64,000 bases of DNA from Actinomycetota bacterium (GCA_016870195.1 VGCC01000002.1:575-64574); one strand, 5' to 3'; positions 1 to 12,324 are shown, counted from the stretch's first letter. Program-made: numbers and translations. The notes: generated from the letters alone by a model not told the origin.

Positions 1-130
1 GGGGGAGCCGTGTGTTCGATGCGGCAAGGCGATCCGGAGGGAGAGTTTCATGAATCGATCGAGCTTCTCTTGCCCTCGCTGTCAACGTCCTCCACGGACG
101 CGGGAGGCCCCGACGAGGGCGAGAAGGTAG
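1..130 (+). CDS. mutM: Formamidopyrimidine-DNA glycosylase, 3' end only (partial)
   Basis: Not in the ORF track. The frame from base 2 reads [31 protein letters not shown]...stop (TAG 128-130), the CxxC...CxxC Fpg zinc finger. mutM normally precedes smc in Actinobacteria. Confidence 0.9.
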   Translation, partial: GEPCVRCGKAIRRESFMNRSSFSCPRCQRPPRTREAPTRARR

Positions 131-140
131 CGTCCGAGAG

Positions 141-1883
141 GTGAGTGTCGTGCGCGTTCGGCCCCTCTGGTGGGAGCCGCTGTGGAGTGCCCTTATCAGC
201 GCGACCCTCTCAATGGTTGTGTTCCTGCCGATTGTTCGTCGGTGGTCGTCAGCTTGGGCTCCGGGCGACATGTTGAGTACTTACAACAACAGCCAGAATT
301 GGACCCCCCTCGGCTACTCGATCACCAATCAGGCCGGTTTCCCGTCAGGCATGAATCTCAATCTCTTTCCGGGTGTGGATATCACTCAAAACGCGGTCGC
401 GAGTCTGATCGGTGCCATCACGAACTCTCCGTTTCTCGGAATCAACATGGTGGTGATCTTGTCTTTTCCGCTCACTGCAGGCCTTGCTGCTGTCGCACTC
501 AGACTGGTGGGTCTGCGCGGTTGGTGGGCGATCTCCCTAGCTGTCGCATACTCGTGCATCCCTTTCCACTTTGGCCGCGCTCTCGGGCATGCATATCTGT
601 CGACGATGTATGCGGCAGTGACAGGTGTGATCCTTGCACTGATCATCGGCACTGGACGTTGGCGCGATGCACGCCCGGCGGGGCTGAGCAAGTGGGGCAT
701 GCTCGTAGTACTCATTGTCGTGACCGCTTGGTCCGGCATCTACTACGCCGCGTTCGGGCTGATCCTCACGAGCGCCGCTGTCCTGTGGCGCTTCGCTCAT
801 GGTTCCTCTCGACGCGAGACGATCTGGAATCTCATCCCCGTTGTGGCGATCGTCGGCGTGACGGTGATCGGGTTGTTGCCCGCCGCACTGGCTCGGCTTC
901 ACGAGAATGTCGCTGGTTTAGGGGATCGCCCGGCGTACGAGTCCGTTGCCCTTGCCGGCTCCCTCGCGATGGCCCTTCTTCCCGCTCCTCTGAGCCTCCT
1001 GCCGCGGATGGGCTACGTCAACGAGGCCGTCCTCGGCTTCATCCAGGATGCCCCCTTCTCCGAGGCGACTCAAGTGCCCAACTATGGAACGTGGATCACG
1101 ACTGCCTGCCTGCTGTACGCAGCCACGTGGTGCGTGGCCAGCCTTAGGCGCCGGAAGCGTGGGCTTGGCGATGTTGCTTTTCTTGTCTTCCTCTTAGCCG
1201 TCGTGATTCTGTTCTTCATGCCCTGGGGCCTGAACAGCATTTTTGCGGAGTTCATCACCGCTCAGATTCGGGCTTGGAACCGACTTCTCCCGACTCTCCT
1301 GCTCCTTTTCGTCTTGCTCGGAGCTGCTGCTTTGGCCCGCACATCGTTTGCCGGTCGACGAATCGTCGCGTCCGTCGGACCGGCTCTCATCCTTCTCATC
1401 GTGCTCGTGGAGCAGGTGATCCCGTTTAGACAGCTCTACCTTGATAATGCGGCACGATACGGTCGTGTGACCGATTGGTCATACGCCTACGCGGCTGATG
1501 TGAACAGAGCGATTCCACGAGAATGTGGAGTCGTGCAGCTGCCCTTCATGGTCTATCCCGAGAATGGAAGCGTATCCCGGCGCCTGAACGACTACGAGCA
1601 CTTCTGGCAGTCGCTCACGAATGGTGACAAGAGGTGGACATACGGGGCTGTTCGGGGATCAGAAAGTGGTAGCCGCGCCGAAGGACTTGCACGCGCGGCG
1701 GAATCAGGCGATGTCGTGCGCCTGACACGTGAGGGAGTCTGTGGGATTCACCTTGACGTCAGGGGCTACTCCCGTGACGAGTCGCGGACGATCACAACAC
1801 TGCTGAGCGAGCTCACCGGGCCCCCCGTCGCGATCGGCCACGATGGGGACTGGCTTTTCTACCGGGTGCCCGCACCAACGTAA
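141..1883 (+). CDS. Polytopic membrane protein, probable GT-C-fold/YfhO-like glycosyltransferase
   Basis: 580 aa with about 12 hydrophobic segments, an N-terminal loop with GD (WAPGDM), a QIRAWNR motif and a soluble C-terminal domain. Family call is tentative. Confidence 0.55.
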   Translation: MSVVRVRPLWWEPLWSALISATLSMVVFLPIVRRWSSAWAPGDMLSTYNNSQNWTPLGYSITNQAGFPSGMNLNLFPGVDITQNAVASLIGAITNSPFLGINMVVILSFPLTAGLAAVALRLVGLRGWWAISLAVAYSCIPFHFGRALGHAYLSTMYAAVTGVILALIIGTGRWRDARPAGLSKWGMLVVLIVVTAWSGIYYAAFGLILTSAAVLWRFAHGSSRRETIWNLIPVVAIVGVTVIGLLPAALARLHENVAGLGDRPAYESVALAGSLAMALLPAPLSLLPRMGYVNEAVLGFIQDAPFSEATQVPNYGTWITTACLLYAATWCVASLRRRKRGLGDVAFLVFLLAVVILFFMPWGLNSIFAEFITAQIRAWNRLLPTLLLLFVLLGAAALARTSFAGRRIVASVGPALILLIVLVEQVIPFRQLYLDNAARYGRVTDWSYAYAADVNRAIPRECGVVQLPFMVYPENGSVSRRLNDYEHFWQSLTNGDKRWTYGAVRGSESGSRAEGLARAAESGDVVRLTREGVCGIHLDVRGYSRDESRTITTLLSELTGPPVAIGHDGDWLFYRVPAPT

Positions 1884-1952
1884 GCGTTGAGTCAACTTTT
1901 CGCGGAGTGGCGACTGTAGGGTTAGGCGGAATACAACCGAGACTGGAGTGAC

Positions 1953-4900
1953 GTGCACCTCAAGACCTTGGTCCTGAAGGGTTTTAAGTCCTTCGCGGCG
2001 CCAACCACTCTGCACTTCGAGCCCGGCGTCACGTGCATCGTTGGCCCCAACGGCTCCGGAAAGTCGAATGTGGTTGACGCTCTGGCCTGGGTGATGGGTG
2101 AGCAAGGGGCGAAGTCCCTGCGCGGCGGCAAGATGGAAGACGTCATCTTCTCGGGAACCACCGGGCGCGCGCCCCTCGGACGCGCCGAGGTCTCCCTCAC
2201 GATCGACAACACCGATGGCGCGCTTCCGATCGACTACACCGAGGTCACGATCTCCCGAACTCTCTTCCGCAACGGGGGATCCGAGTACGCGATCAACGGG
2301 GATCCCTGTCGACTCCTCGACGTGCAGGAGTTGCTCTCGGATTCGGGTATCGGGCGCGAGATGCACGTCGTGGTCGGACAGGGTCAACTCGACTCCATCC
2401 TGCGGGCGACCCCGGAGGACCGCCGAGGATTCATCGAGGAAGCGGCGGGTGTCCTCAAGCACCGTAAGCGCAAGGAGAAGGCCCTTCGCAAATTGGATGC
2501 GATGCAGGCGAACCTCACGCGTCTCTCGGACTTGACGGCAGAACTGCGACGTCAACTGAAGCCGCTCGGGCGCCAGGCGGAGGTCGCGCGCCGCGCCGTC
2601 GTGATCCAGACCGATGTTCGCGACGCACGACTGCGCCTCATGGCCGACGATCTGGCGCAGATGCGTGAGGTGCTGGCGGCCGAAGTCGCTGATGAGACGG
2701 CCCTGCGCGAACGTCAGTCATTGGTGGAAGCAGAAATTGCCGGACTGCAAGCATCCGAGGCTCAGCTGGAAGCCGACGCAAAGCGCGATGGCCCCGCGGT
2801 GACCCTCGCTCAAGAGACCTGGTTCACCCTCAGTTCGTTGAAGGAGAGGTTCCACGGTCTGGAGCAGTTGGCTGTGGAGCGAGTTCGTTACCTCCAGCCG
2901 GAGGACGAGGAGATCTCTCAGGGACGCGATCCGGAGCACTTTGAGGCCGAAGCTCGAGCACTCCGGACCGAGGAATTCGAGTTGGGGCGCGAGGTGACAG
3001 CGCTTCGCGAGGCGCTGACCGTGGCCATCGCTGGCCGCGAGGCTTCGGAGACCGTACTTTCGGTCGAGGAAGAGCGTGTGGCGAGCGTCGAACGCGCGCA
3101 TGCGGACCGCAGGGAAGGACTCGCGGTGCTCGCGGGCGACGTCAATGCAGCCCAATCGGCGGTAGCCGCTCGCGAGGCGGAGATTGCGCGCCTCACCGAA
3201 CAAGTCCGGGAGGCGCGCGATCGGAGTGTGGTAGCGCAGGGTGAATTCCAGCGCATCGAAGTTAATGTTGTGGGGCTCGGCCGAGGTGAACTCGGCCTCG
3301 ACGCCGAACACGAGGCGTCATTGGTGGCCCTAGCGCAGGCAGACGGAGAAGTCGAACGTGTTCAGGCTGAGATCAACGATGTGGACCGCCGCCGAGTTGC
3401 GGTCGCTGCTCGTTGCGACGCCCTTGAGTTAAGCCTTCGACGCAGTGATGCGAGCGGCACGCTCCTTGCCTCCTCTGACCGGGTGGCCGGAATGATCGGT
3501 TCGCTCGCTTCGTTGATTCAGGTCGATCCGGGTGCCCAAGCAGCCGTCGCGGCCGTTCTTGGAGACGTGGCCGATGCCGTCGTCGTTCGTGGCGTGCGCG
3601 GAGCCGTGGAATCCCTCGTGGTTCTAAAGGAACTCGATGCAGGTCGCGCCACGATCATCGTCGCCGATCAGAGCGCGCGGAACCCGTCCTCGACGATGGT
3701 CCACCCGCCCGCAGGGCGATGGCTGAGGGATTCTGTTCGGGCAGGTGACGACCTCGGGGCGATCGTCGACCATCTGCTTGGATCCGCGGTCCTCGTGGCC
3801 GACAGTGACGCAGCTGCTCGCGGGGTGGAACTCGATTCGGCGTTGACGTGGGTGACCGAGCAGGGCGATGTCTTCCGCAACGGAGTTGTGCGCGGGGGCT
3901 CCACTGGCGCGCCGAGCCTTGTCGAGGTTCAGGCGGCTCTCGATGAGGCGCGTGCGGAATTGGAGCGATGGACGCACGCCTCGGAGCGACTCACGTTCGA
4001 TCTTGCTGGGGCACGGGAGAGGCAGAGCGTGGCCACGCGCGTCGCGGAGGGGACCCTCCGGAAGTTGCACGAGTCCGATGCGCAGATGGCAGCAGTCGCA
4101 GAGCAACTTGGCATCTTGGGTCAGACCGCGCGGTCCGCCGCAGCGGAAGCCGACCGTCTCGAACGTGCCCTGGAGGTTGCTCGCGGCGCGCTGACCGCGG
4201 ATCGCGAGTCGATGGAGCGGCTGCGTAGCCGACTCGCGTCGACCCATGATGAACCTGAGCCGACCGTGGGCGTGGACCGTCGTGGAGAACTACTCGCAGC
4301 AGTCACGCAGGGTCGTACGGCTGAGGTCGACGCGCGACTTGCCGTGCGCACGGCGGAGGAGAGAGTTTCGGCCGTGTCCGAGCGTGCGTCGCGATTGGAG
4401 AAGGACGCCGCACGCGAGCGCTCGGCGCGTGCGGCCGCGGTTGAACGCCGTGAGCGCAGGGCTGCGGCACTCATCGTTTCCCACGCCGTCCTCAAGGCCA
4501 GCCGCGCGGTGGCCGCCTATGTTGAGAGGTCGACTCACCTTGCGCACCGGGAGCGCACCGCGATCGAGACCCGCGCGCGTGAGCGTGACAACACGCTGTC
4601 CCACATCCGCACCCGCCTCCGCGAGTTGGGCACGGAATCCGATGCTCTGCGCGACAGTGTCCACCGGGATGAGATGGCGCGCGCCGAACAGCGCCTTCGG
4701 ATCGAGCAACTCGAGGAACGAGCGCTGACGGAATTCGGCGTCGAAGCTGATGTCCTCGTCGCCGAGTACGGGCCGGATCAACTGGTCCCGCCGAGCGTGT
4801 CGGCACCCGGCGACGAAGTCGATCCACTCGCCCCGGCACCGGAGCCCTACCCGTATGTGCGCGCCGAGCAGGAACGTCGATTGGCCGTTGCCGAGAAGGG

Positions 4901-5519
4901 GCTTGCGCTTCTCGGTCGGGTGAACCCCCTTGCGCTCGAGGAGTTCGCCGCCATGGAGGAGCGTCACCGCTTCCTGACGGAGCAACTCGATGATCTGAAG
5001 CGCACGCGTGAGGATCTCTTGGCGATCGTCCGTGAGGTCGACGCACGGGTGCAGCAGGTCTTCTCCGAGGCATACGCCGATGTCGCTCGGGAGTTCGAGA
5101 GTGTCTTCGCCCGGGTCTTCCCTGGGGGTGAGGGCAGGCTCGTCCTCACTGACCCATCCGACATGCTCACGACAGGCATCGACATCGAGGCTCGGCCCCC
5201 CGGTACGCGTGTCAAGCGACTATCCCTTCTCTCGGGAGGGGAGAAGTCCCTGACGGCGGTGGCGTTCCTCGTCGCCCTCTTCAAAGCCCGCCCGAGTCCC
5301 TTCTACGTGCTCGACGAGGTGGAGGCCGCGCTTGACGACGTCAACCTCGGGCGATTGATCGACATCATTGACGAGTTGCGTGATTCTTCCCAGTTGATCG
5401 TCATCACCCACCAGAAGCGGACGATGGAGATCGCCGACGCCCTGTACGGCGTCTCGATGCGAGGCGATGGGGTGACGCAGATGATCAGTCAGCGGCTCCG
5501 GGAGTCCGTCAGCGCCTAG
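1953..5519 (+). CDS. smc: Chromosome segregation protein SMC
   Basis: GFKSF, Walker A GPNGSGKSN, coiled coils around a hinge, LSGGE signature, LDEVEAALD Walker B/D-loop; 1188 aa; followed by ftsY. Confidence 0.98.
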   Translation: MHLKTLVLKGFKSFAAPTTLHFEPGVTCIVGPNGSGKSNVVDALAWVMGEQGAKSLRGGKMEDVIFSGTTGRAPLGRAEVSLTIDNTDGALPIDYTEVTISRTLFRNGGSEYAINGDPCRLLDVQELLSDSGIGREMHVVVGQGQLDSILRATPEDRRGFIEEAAGVLKHRKRKEKALRKLDAMQANLTRLSDLTAELRRQLKPLGRQAEVARRAVVIQTDVRDARLRLMADDLAQMREVLAAEVADETALRERQSLVEAEIAGLQASEAQLEADAKRDGPAVTLAQETWFTLSSLKERFHGLEQLAVERVRYLQPEDEEISQGRDPEHFEAEARALRTEEFELGREVTALREALTVAIAGREASETVLSVEEERVASVERAHADRREGLAVLAGDVNAAQSAVAAREAEIARLTEQVREARDRSVVAQGEFQRIEVNVVGLGRGELGLDAEHEASLVALAQADGEVERVQAEINDVDRRRVAVAARCDALELSLRRSDASGTLLASSDRVAGMIGSLASLIQVDPGAQAAVAAVLGDVADAVVVRGVRGAVESLVVLKELDAGRATIIVADQSARNPSSTMVHPPAGRWLRDSVRAGDDLGAIVDHLLGSAVLVADSDAAARGVELDSALTWVTEQGDVFRNGVVRGGSTGAPSLVEVQAALDEARAELERWTHASERLTFDLAGARERQSVATRVAEGTLRKLHESDAQMAAVAEQLGILGQTARSAAAEADRLERALEVARGALTADRESMERLRSRLASTHDEPEPTVGVDRRGELLAAVTQGRTAEVDARLAVRTAEERVSAVSERASRLEKDAARERSARAAAVERRERRAAALIVSHAVLKASRAVAAYVERSTHLAHRERTAIETRARERDNTLSHIRTRLRELGTESDALRDSVHRDEMARAEQRLRIEQLEERALTEFGVEADVLVAEYGPDQLVPPSVSAPGDEVDPLAPAPEPYPYVRAEQERRLAVAEKGLALLGRVNPLALEEFAAMEERHRFLTEQLDDLKRTREDLLAIVREVDARVQQVFSEAYADVAREFESVFARVFPGGEGRLVLTDPSDMLTTGIDIEARPPGTRVKRLSLLSGGEKSLTAVAFLVALFKARPSPFYVLDEVEAALDDVNLGRLIDIIDELRDSSQLIVITHQKRTMEIADALYGVSMRGDGVTQMISQRLRESVSA

Positions 5520-5542
5520 GCTGACCTCCCGGAGGACTCTTC

Positions 5543-6673
5543 ATGGACACCTCGCTCTCACTCGTCATCGGCGTCATCGCCGTCGGGTTGCTGCTCGGGA
5601 TCATGATCGGCCTCCTTCTCCGGCGATCACGAGCGGATGCGCCGCCCGCGATGGAAGCACCGACGGTCCTCGTGGAGGACCCGTCTGCGGTGCTGCCCGA
5701 TGCGGCGGTGACACTGGAAGACCTCGCCGTCTGGGAGGTGGAGGTCCCGGCACCTGCCACCGGGCGCCTGCATCGACTGCGCTCCCGCCTCGCGCGCTCG
5801 CAGTCGACCCTGGGTAGTGGTCTGTTGTCCCTGCTCACCCGGGAGCGGGTGGATGCCGGCACCTGGGACGAGGTCGAGGAACTGCTCCTGACGTCGGATC
5901 TGGGTGTGGGCCCCACTCGGGAATTGCTGGAGCGGTTGCGGGCAAAGGTTCGGGTGGAAGGAAGCCAGGACCCACGCGAGGTGCGCACCCTCCTCCGCGA
6001 GGAGCTTCTGGCCATGGTTGGTCCGGAGTTGGATCGAACAATCAGGTCGTCTGTCGGGGGGCGCCCCGCAGTGGTACTCGTGGTGGGCGTGAACGGCACG
6101 GGCAAGACGACAACGACGGGCAAACTCGCACGCGTCTTGATCGCACAGGACCGAACGGTGCTTCTCGGAGCGGCGGACACCTTCCGCGCGGCGGCGGCGG
6201 AGCAACTCCAAACCTGGGGCGACCGGGTGGGAGCCCCCGTTGTGCGGGGACCGGAGGGAGCTGACCCAGCAGCAGTTGCCTTCGACGCCGTGTCCACGGC
6301 AGCCGATGCAGAGCTCGACGCGGTCATCATCGACACTGCGGGACGCCTGCACACGAAGACCGGGCTGATGGACGAACTCGGGAAGATCAAGCGCGTGGTC
6401 GAGAAGCGCAGTGCCGTCGACGAGGTTCTCCTGGTGCTGGATGCCACCACCGGCCAGAACGGTCTCACTCAGGCGAGGGTGTTCTCCGAGGCGGTCGCCG
6501 TGACGGGGATCGTCCTCACCAAGCTCGATGGCACCGCGAAGGGCGGCATCGTGGTCGCGGTGCAGCGCGAACTGGGGGTCCCGGTGAAACTTGCGGGCCT
6601 CGGGGAGGGGCCTGATGACCTCGCACCCTTCGAGCCCGGCGACTTCGTGGATGCTCTGCTCGCGGAGTCGTAA
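5543..6673 (+). CDS. ftsY: Signal recognition particle receptor FtsY
   Basis: GVNGTGKTTT, DTFRAAA, DTAGRLH, TKLDGTAKGG; N-terminal transmembrane helix typical of actinobacterial FtsY. Confidence 0.97.
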   Translation: MDTSLSLVIGVIAVGLLLGIMIGLLLRRSRADAPPAMEAPTVLVEDPSAVLPDAAVTLEDLAVWEVEVPAPATGRLHRLRSRLARSQSTLGSGLLSLLTRERVDAGTWDEVEELLLTSDLGVGPTRELLERLRAKVRVEGSQDPREVRTLLREELLAMVGPELDRTIRSSVGGRPAVVLVVGVNGTGKTTTTGKLARVLIAQDRTVLLGAADTFRAAAAEQLQTWGDRVGAPVVRGPEGADPAAVAFDAVSTAADAELDAVIIDTAGRLHTKTGLMDELGKIKRVVEKRSAVDEVLLVLDATTGQNGLTQARVFSEAVAVTGIVLTKLDGTAKGGIVVAVQRELGVPVKLAGLGEGPDDLAPFEPGDFVDALLAES

Positions 6674-6779
6674 CAGACCTGTAACTCGATCCACCGATTC
6701 GTCACGCCCCTGAAATCGGAGCAGGTCCTGGATGAAATGCATACCCCCGAGGCTGGTTCCCGCCGTGAAACGCACGGCG
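6670..6779 (+). promoter_or_regulatory. Probable GlnR boxes upstream of amtB-glnK-glnD
   Basis: GTAAC-n6-GTAAC (6670-6685), GTCAC-n6-GAAAT (6701-6716) and GTTCC-n6-GAAAC (6756-6771) resemble the gTnAc-n6-GaAAc GlnR consensus. Inverted repeat CGCCGTG/CACGGCG at 6761-6779. Confidence 0.7.
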
Positions 6780-6808
6780 AAGCCCGAGTGACGTAGGGAG
6801 GTACGCGT

Positions 6809-8460
<1,652 letters not shown>

Positions 8461-8464
8461 TTGC

Positions 8465-10759
8465 ATGGTGAACGCGCAGCGGGAGGCCGTACGGCGCTCG
8501 GATCTCACCGGTCCGGAGCGCCGTGCGGCTCTCTCGCGGGCCACCGATGAATGGTTGATCGAACTCTTCGACAGTGCCACCACGCGGCTTGACATCGACC
8601 CGTTGAGCGCCTGTCTGGCGGCGGCAGGAAGTTTTGGACGGCGTGAACTGTCTGAGCGGAGTGACCTGGACCTCGTGTTGCTGCATACCGACGGTCGCTC
8701 CATCGATGCCCTCGCCGAGGCCGTCTGGTATCCGATCTGGGATGCGCGGGTTCCGATGGACCACAGCGTTCGGACCCCGGCGCAGACGCGACTCATGGCC
8801 CAGAAGGACCTCCGCGTAGCTCTCGGGGTCATGGACCTGAGGACGATCGCGGGGAATGACGAACTGGTGGCGACCACGCGCGGCTCCATCCTCGCCGACT
8901 GGCGGGCCCAGGCACTGCGCCGATCCCTCGAATTGCGGGAGCTCGTGGCGACCCGTCGAGAGCGGGCAGGCGAGCTCGCCCAGCGCATCGAACCCGACCT
9001 GAAAGATTCCTACGGAGGTATCCGCGAGGCGACCGTAATCCGCGCTCTCGCGAGTTCCTGGCTTGTGGACATCCCGCACGTCACGTGGGACCAGTCCCTG
9101 TCGCTGCTCCTCGATGTGCGGGATGTGCTGCATCGCCAAGGCTTAGGGAATCGACTGGTCTTGCAGAGCCAGGACGACGTAGCCGAGGCCATGGGCCTGC
9201 CTGACGCGGACAGTCTGCTGCGGTCGGTGTACCTCGCTGCTCGACAGATCGCCTACGTGAGTGACCAGGCCTGGCTTCGACTGGATCGGCTCGAGCGTCG
9301 AAGCACCGCGCGCAGGATCGTCGGGGGCGCACCCCGGAGGACTCCCGTCGCGAATGGCCTCGTGGTCTCCGATGGTGAGCTTCAGATAGCACGCGATGTC
9401 GATGTGTCGTCTGACCCCGGGCTGGTCCTCCGTGCCGCCGCAGCGAGTGCGCAGCATCACTATCCGCTTGCGGAGGCAACCGTTACCCGACTCTCGGCGG
9501 AGGCAGATTTTCCCAACCAATGGACCCCGGAGATGCTCGGCTCGTTCGTATCCCTTCTCGGGGCCGGGCCGGGAACCACGGATGTGATCGAGGGACTGGA
9601 TCAAGCGGGCATCTGGGTGCGCATCATCCCGGAGTGGGAGATCATCCGTTCCGCACCGCAGCGGGATCCCGTCCATACCTTCACCGTCGACCGACATCTC
9701 GTCATGACCGCTGTGCACGCCTCTCAGTACACGCGCGACGTACGCAGACCCGATCTCCTGCTTATCGGGGCCCTGCTCCATGACATCGGGAAGGCCCGCG
9801 GTGGGGACCATTGCGTCGTTGGAGCAGAACTCGCACCGGCCATGTGCGTGCGCATGGGACTGAGTGCCCACGACGCGGACGTGATCACAGCTCTTGTCCG
9901 GTGGCACCTGCTCCTTCCTGAGACGGCGTTTCGACACGACATCGCGGATCCGTCCATCTGGCGCGCAGTCCGGGAGAAGGTTCCCGACCCCGAGACGCGC
10001 GAACTGCTGCTCTACCTCGCGCTGGCGGACCAGAAGGCGACCGGTCCGAGCGTGGCTACCGAATGGCGTGAGCAGCTCCTGCGCCAACTCGTCGCTCACG
10101 TCACCGGAGGTGCCGCAGAGGAAGAGCCGATTCCCGAACCATCGATCGATCAACGCGGGGTACTTGGTGTGGAAGGAGTGGTGGTCCACTCGCGCCCTGA
10201 GGCCGACGGCGTGCTCGTGACTGTGGGGGCGCCAGACCGAGTCGGATTGCTGTCCATCGTCGCCGGCGTCCTCGCCGCGCACCGGATGGAGATTCGATCT
10301 GCGCGCGTGGTGACCGTGGGCGACAGCGCGGCCCAGGACTGGCATGTTCGCCCGTTCTTCGGTGATGCGCCCAACCCGGGATTAATCGCCGAGGACATAC
10401 GCCGAGTGTTGGAGGGCTCCTCGCATCTCGAAGAGTGGTTGGCCCGGCGGGTGGCATCGGAGCGTCACTCGGACACACCTCCACCCCGAGTCATCGTCAG
10501 CCACGCCCCCGACACCCATACGCGACTTGAGGTTAGGGCCCACGACGAACCCGGTCTGCTCCACCGCATCGCCCGCATCATTTCCGAGCACGGCTTGGTG
10601 ATCCGTGGCGCGATCGTGACCACAGCGGGATCAGAGGTCGTGGACTCCTTCTTCGTGGTGGACTCGTGCGGGCATCCCCTGGAGCCGCTGCAGGCGGATT
10701 TCCTCGCCGACGCGATCATCAGTGGATTGATGGCACCCCCGGCCAGCGCATCCGCCTGA
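8465..10759 (+). CDS. glnD: [protein-PII] uridylyl/adenylyltransferase
   Basis: GSFGRREL..RSDLD nucleotidyltransferase motif, HTFTVDRH and LLHDIGK HD domain, two C-terminal ACT domains. Start set at ATG 8465. Confidence 0.93.
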   Translation: MVNAQREAVRRSDLTGPERRAALSRATDEWLIELFDSATTRLDIDPLSACLAAAGSFGRRELSERSDLDLVLLHTDGRSIDALAEAVWYPIWDARVPMDHSVRTPAQTRLMAQKDLRVALGVMDLRTIAGNDELVATTRGSILADWRAQALRRSLELRELVATRRERAGELAQRIEPDLKDSYGGIREATVIRALASSWLVDIPHVTWDQSLSLLLDVRDVLHRQGLGNRLVLQSQDDVAEAMGLPDADSLLRSVYLAARQIAYVSDQAWLRLDRLERRSTARRIVGGAPRRTPVANGLVVSDGELQIARDVDVSSDPGLVLRAAAASAQHHYPLAEATVTRLSAEADFPNQWTPEMLGSFVSLLGAGPGTTDVIEGLDQAGIWVRIIPEWEIIRSAPQRDPVHTFTVDRHLVMTAVHASQYTRDVRRPDLLLIGALLHDIGKARGGDHCVVGAELAPAMCVRMGLSAHDADVITALVRWHLLLPETAFRHDIADPSIWRAVREKVPDPETRELLLYLALADQKATGPSVATEWREQLLRQLVAHVTGGAAEEEPIPEPSIDQRGVLGVEGVVVHSRPEADGVLVTVGAPDRVGLLSIVAGVLAAHRMEIRSARVVTVGDSAAQDWHVRPFFGDAPNPGLIAEDIRRVLEGSSHLEEWLARRVASERHSDTPPPRVIVSHAPDTHTRLEVRAHDEPGLLHRIARIISEHGLVIRGAIVTTAGSEVVDSFFVVDSCGHPLEPLQADFLADAIISGLMAPPASASA

Positions 10760-10778
10760 CACTCATTACGGTGAACGC

Positions 10779-12287
10779 GTGTTCGCATCCCTTGCCGACC
10801 GGCTGAGCACCACCTTCCGTGGGCTCCGGGGCAAGGGTCGGCTGTCCGAGCAGGACATCGATGCAACGGTGCGGGAGATCCGGACGGCACTTCTCGAGGC
10901 CGACGTCGCACTGCCGGTGGTACGGAACTTCACGGACGCGATCCGCGAGCGGGCACGGGGTGCAGAAGTATCGGGAGCACTGAATCCCGCACAACAGGTC
11001 GTGAAGATCGTCCACGAGCAGCTCGTCGAGATCCTCGGTGGCGACACCAGGCCATTGCGGATGGCCAAGACCGCACCCACTGTGATCGTCCTCTCGGGAT
11101 TGCAGGGTTCGGGGAAGACGACGCTTGCCGGGAAGCTCGGCTTGCACCTGCGGGGCCTGGGGCACACCCCGCTCCTGGTAGCTGCCGACCTGCAACGCCC
11201 CAACGCGGTTGATCAACTGCGCATCGTGGGCGAGCAGGCGGGTGTGGCCGTCTATGCGCCCGAGCCGGGTAACGGGGTAGGCGACCCGGTACGCGTTGCT
11301 CGGGAAGCGCGACGATTCGCTTCCGAGAAACTCCACGATGTCGTCGTCGTCGATACCGCAGGCCGACTCGCGGTCGACGAGGAACTCATGACGGAGCTTT
11401 CTCATGTGATCGCTGCTGTGGAGCCTGACGACGTCCTCTTCGTAGTCGATTCCATGATCGGCCAGGACGCGGTGACCACGGCGCGGGAGTTTGCCGAGCG
11501 CGTCGGTTTCGACGGCGTGGTCCTGACGAAACTCGATGGCGATGCACGCGGTGGCGCAGCGCTCTCCATCCGCGGAGTGACTGGTCGTCCGATTCTCTTC
11601 GCATCTGTCGGCGAGAAGCTCGATGACTTCGAAGTCTTCCACCCGGATCGCATGGCCAACCGCATCCTCGACATGGGGGATGTGCTGACCCTGATCGAGC
11701 AGGCGGAGCGTGCCTTCGATGCCGAGCAGGCCGAACGCATGGCGCGCAAGGTGAGCCAAGGAGAGAACTTCACTCTTGAGGATTTCCTCGAACAGATGCA
11801 GTCGATCAAGAAGATGGGTTCGCTTGGCAAAATCCTGGGCATGCTCCCAGGTATGGGGGAGATGAAGGCCCAGTTGGACAGCGTGGACAATCGCGAGCTC
11901 GACAGGGTCTCGGCGATCATCCAGTCCATGACCCCGGCGGAGCGTCGGAACCCGAAGATCCTCAACGGTTCGAGGCGGTCGCGCATCGCACGCGGCTCGG
12001 GAACGTCGGTTTCCGATGTGAACGGGCTCATCGATCGGTTCGGGCAGGCCCAGAAGATGATGCGTCAGATGGGTGGGTCGGGAATGCCGGGGCTTCCCGG
12101 GCTCCCGGGAGGTATGCCGGGAGGTGGCAAGAAGAGCAAGGGTCGCCAGGCCAAGCAGGACAAGCCAGGAAAGGGAGCCAAGGGGCGGAGCGGCAACCCC
12201 GCCAAGCGTGCCCTGCAGGGACAGGGCGGTGCCGAGAGCGTCGACATGGGGAGCCTCCCCCCGGACCTCAAGCGCCTCTTGCAGTAG
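10779..12287 (+). CDS. ffh: Signal recognition particle protein Ffh
   Basis: GLQGSGKTT, DTAGRL, TKLDGDARGGAALS, Met-rich M domain (SMTPAER, SRRSRIARGSG). Confidence 0.97.
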   Translation: MFASLADRLSTTFRGLRGKGRLSEQDIDATVREIRTALLEADVALPVVRNFTDAIRERARGAEVSGALNPAQQVVKIVHEQLVEILGGDTRPLRMAKTAPTVIVLSGLQGSGKTTLAGKLGLHLRGLGHTPLLVAADLQRPNAVDQLRIVGEQAGVAVYAPEPGNGVGDPVRVAREARRFASEKLHDVVVVDTAGRLAVDEELMTELSHVIAAVEPDDVLFVVDSMIGQDAVTTAREFAERVGFDGVVLTKLDGDARGGAALSIRGVTGRPILFASVGEKLDDFEVFHPDRMANRILDMGDVLTLIEQAERAFDAEQAERMARKVSQGENFTLEDFLEQMQSIKKMGSLGKILGMLPGMGEMKAQLDSVDNRELDRVSAIIQSMTPAERRNPKILNGSRRSRIARGSGTSVSDVNGLIDRFGQAQKMMRQMGGSGMPGLPGLPGGMPGGGKKSKGRQAKQDKPGKGAKGRSGNPAKRALQGQGGAESVDMGSLPPDLKRLLQ

Positions 12288-12314
12288 ACCCGATCACCGC
12301 CCGCCTACGCGGTC

Positions 12315-12324
12315 TGGCAGACTT
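12315..12324 (+). promoter_or_regulatory. Putative extended -10 element of the rpsP operon
   Basis: TGGCAGACTT; the identical 10-mer lies upstream of rplS at 14459-14468. Confidence 0.5.

Noticed and set aside
1953-5519. SMC as a Wadjet/MksB defence ATPase
   Set aside because: Canonical housekeeping SMC motifs and smc-ftsY synteny; no jetA/B/D neighbours.
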